Below the pieces are notes generated by a model. The model was not told the origin of the DNA and made no database searches. It saw nothing but the letters and a program-made list of their open reading frames with translations. From an uncultured delta proteobacterium (GTDB lineage Bacteria > Desulfobacterota > BSN033 > UBA1163), in assembly GCA_963708295.1 (NCBI GenBank), contig CAVPSJ010000016.1, forward strand, positions 87,408 through 151,407: a stretch of 64,000 nt of DNA, written 5' to 3'. This document shows positions 61,779 to 64,000 of the stretch, in pieces (positions within the stretch are counted from its first letter, which is position 1; each line of letters starts with the position of its first letter). Both the position numbers and the translations under genes were made by a program.

Positions 61779-62030
61779 CTCTTCACCCCAGATCAGAAAC
61801 CCAGACTTCAGACATCGGACTTTCCTATCGTGCCCGTGTTTCGTGCCTGTACGCTGGAGTGCGACGTTTCGGCGGACGCAGGCATGTCCGCTTTTTAGTT
61901 TACAACGGCTTTCCTGACCTATCTCCTCCCCGCCTTGCTATTTGCCGCAAGTCTGCGGTCGATCAGCTGACCATCTCTCCATTGTACTTCTCATAGTCTA
62001 TCGTCTGAAGTCTATTGTCTGAGGTCTCTT

Positions 62031-62072
62031 CGCAGCTTTTCAGAGATAGCTTCTCCTACCTGGCTGGTTGAT
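62031..62072 (-). pseudogene. 3' remnant of the dehydrogenase at 13068-14090
   Basis: Encodes STSQVGEAISEKLR versus STSQVAEAISEKLR in the intact gene. Confidence 0.75.
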
Positions 62073-62351
62073 GCTTCGAAATCTTTTTTAATACCTGAAC
62101 CAATTAAAACAAATTGAAACTATTTGTCAATGACAAACCGGAGTGTTTTAAATGGCTTTTATAGAAATTGACGCCAGACTTGACAGCTTAGAGAATGCTA
62201 AGTCCTACCTTTGCAATCCAACTGACGTTGGGAAGGCGAATTTTGTAATTGCAGGAAGGGTGGCCCCATGTTATTCTCTTTTCCATATCGAAGGAGAAAA
62301 AAAGTAAAACCTAATTATCTATTACGGGAATCTTTAAGAGGTAAAGGACCG

Positions 62352-63660
62352 TTGGGACAAGACACCTTTCCTTTTTCAATTGAATGAAACGCCACCCATC
62401 CATAAAAATATAATTTATGGGCTTCAATGGGTCATGACCTCGATCCCGAGCTGTCGTCGTTTTTTTCGACGCTCTGCTCGACTGCTTTGGGGCTCGATCC
62501 TGCCGGCCAGATCAGTTTCTCGCAACGCCTGCTGATCGCCACAGGTCTTATGACCATGCTCCAGAGTCTTGATAGGCCACCGGTACCCTGTGTTGGAGGG
62601 ACCATCGTCGGCCATTTTGGTGACCTTTATAGTCTTAGCTCCTTATGGACTTTCCGCCATCGAAGGCGGTATGATTTTCGGGGGCTTTTTTCTTATTCTT
62701 ATAGGAGTATTTAAATGGTTTAAGTGGCTTTCTTCTCTCTTCACGCCCCGAGTGGTGGGAGTCATCTTAATCTTGGTGGCTTTCACCCTTCTCTCTTTCA
62801 TTTATCCCTTACTCATCGGTATCAACAAGGCTTATCCTTATGGAGAGTTGGGTGTTTTTGGATCTTCTCTTTTGATCGTCCTCCTCGTTCTTTCATGTCT
62901 CACCGGTTACGAGGATTCCTGCAAACCACCTCGATGTTGGCAGGGATCTTATTTGGATTGATCCTTTTTCTTTTTAGAGGGGGAATTTCGTTGAATGTGG
63001 TCGGGCAGTCGAGTTGGTTTGCCCTGCCATCTCCATTCTTGGGAGTATGGCCGAGCTTCTCCTTGCCAGCCATTCTTGCCACCGTCTGTACCTATTTGGC
63101 AGTAATGGTAAACACAGTGGGGAGCATCCAAGGAATTTCTGAAATTGTAGGAAAAGAAGGTCTGGAAGATCGGATCCATCGAGGCATTGGCCTCACCGGT
63201 TTGGGAGGGTTGACTGCCGGATTCTTAGGAGTTGGGGGGCTTGTGAGCTATTCAACCAGTCCTGGAGTGGTATTGGTTTCTCGAGTCGCCAGCCGTTATG
63301 TGCTTACCATGAGCGGAGCGATCATGATCCTCTGTGCCTTTATTCCTAAGCTATGGGCACTTCTCACCGTCATTCCTCCCTCGGTGATCGCTTCCGTTCT
63401 CTTCGTCACCCTCTCGTCTCAGTTCATGGTGGGTATCAATGTGATGCTGTCAGGAGAGCGGAAGTTCGAACGAAGAGAATATTTCACCGTGGGGTTACCG
63501 ATCCTTTTGGGTACGATGGTTTCCATCATCCCCAAGGAATTCTTTCATCTCTTTCCGAACGTGATCGGCGTCTTTGGTTGGGAATGGCCTGGTGATGGGC
63601 ATTCTCCTTTCCCTACTCCTCGAGCATCTATTTTTTCGCCAGCCAAAAGAGAAAAACTAA
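62352..63660 (+). CDS. Second copy of the NCS2 permease, several frameshifts
   Basis: Fragments closely match 6321-7629 (GHRYPVLEGPSSAILVTF, RVASRYVLTMSGAIM). Confidence 0.85.
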
Positions 63661-63790
63661 AGAAATTTATCCTGCCAGTTGAATAAAAACCCTTCCCAGA
63701 AGGAGTTAGGGGTGCCGGGAAACCTTATGATATAAGGTTTGGAAGCACACCCAACTGTATTTTTAATGCGTCGTGTTAAGGGGAAGGAGA

Positions 63791-64000
63791 CTACAAAGTC
63801 TTCAGGCCAAAGAGCGCGACCGCATTTTCCCGCATGATCTTTCGCCGGTCTGCTGCCTTGATCCCTGAAAGTTTGGAAACGGTTTGGACAGGATTCGGGT
63901 CTCCCATATCGTAAGGATAATCACTCCCCAAAAGGACATGATCGCTTCCGGCGAAGGCGATGAGATACCGGAGCGCATCGGGATTGTGGGTAATCGTGTC
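63791..64000 (-). CDS. C-terminal part of an amidohydrolase_2 family protein (runs off the window)
   Basis: Manual translation DTITHNPDALRYLIAFAGSDHVLLGSDYPYDMG...IMRENAVALFGL. Confidence 0.8.
   Translation of the reverse strand, partial: DTITHNPDALRYLIAFAGSDHVLLGSDYPYDMGDPNPVQTVSKLSGIKAADRRKIMRENAVALFGLKTL

Noticed and set aside
315-63660. Programmed frameshifting or mass pseudogenisation
   Set aside because: Single-base shifts occur in many unrelated genes, often in short homopolymers, with no in-frame stops noticed. Sequencing error is the simpler explanation; read polishing would decide.

Overview
Bacterial DNA whose gene content resembles an anaerobic Desulfobacterota/deltaproteobacterial genome. 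More than a dozen genes are split by single-base frameshifts, most likely uncorrected long-read errors. The backbone has two HisKA_3 sensor kinases (one fused to CheB/CheR), three tripartite tricarboxylate transporter sets with catabolic enzymes, modF-like ABC ATPase, ilvC, hemL and recQ. It also has a TetR-led operon with a strongly divergent B12-dependent acyl-CoA mutase, MmgE/PrpD, a CoA ligase and TRAP/TAXI transporters. The most striking signals are non-coding. (1) An integrase-less integron cassette array at 56.9-60.2 kb: one attC has a separate insertion in each core site, each duplicating GTT, and the first cassette encodes a class III nucleotidyl-cyclase-like protein. (2) A Y1/HUH (RAYT-like) transposase with a DnaA-domain-IV-like tail, bracketed by perfect 23-bp inverted repeats. 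(3) A 570-bp TIR-bounded unit carrying only a DUF559 nuclease plus the G/C hairpins scattered through the window. (4) An inverted, internally deleted duplication of the 6.3-15.8 kb locus at 60.4-63.7 kb. (5) Many nested MITE/REP families, often overlapping stop codons, one read in frame inside recQ. No rRNA, tRNA or CRISPR array was seen. All family calls are from motif recognition by eye; no database search was run.
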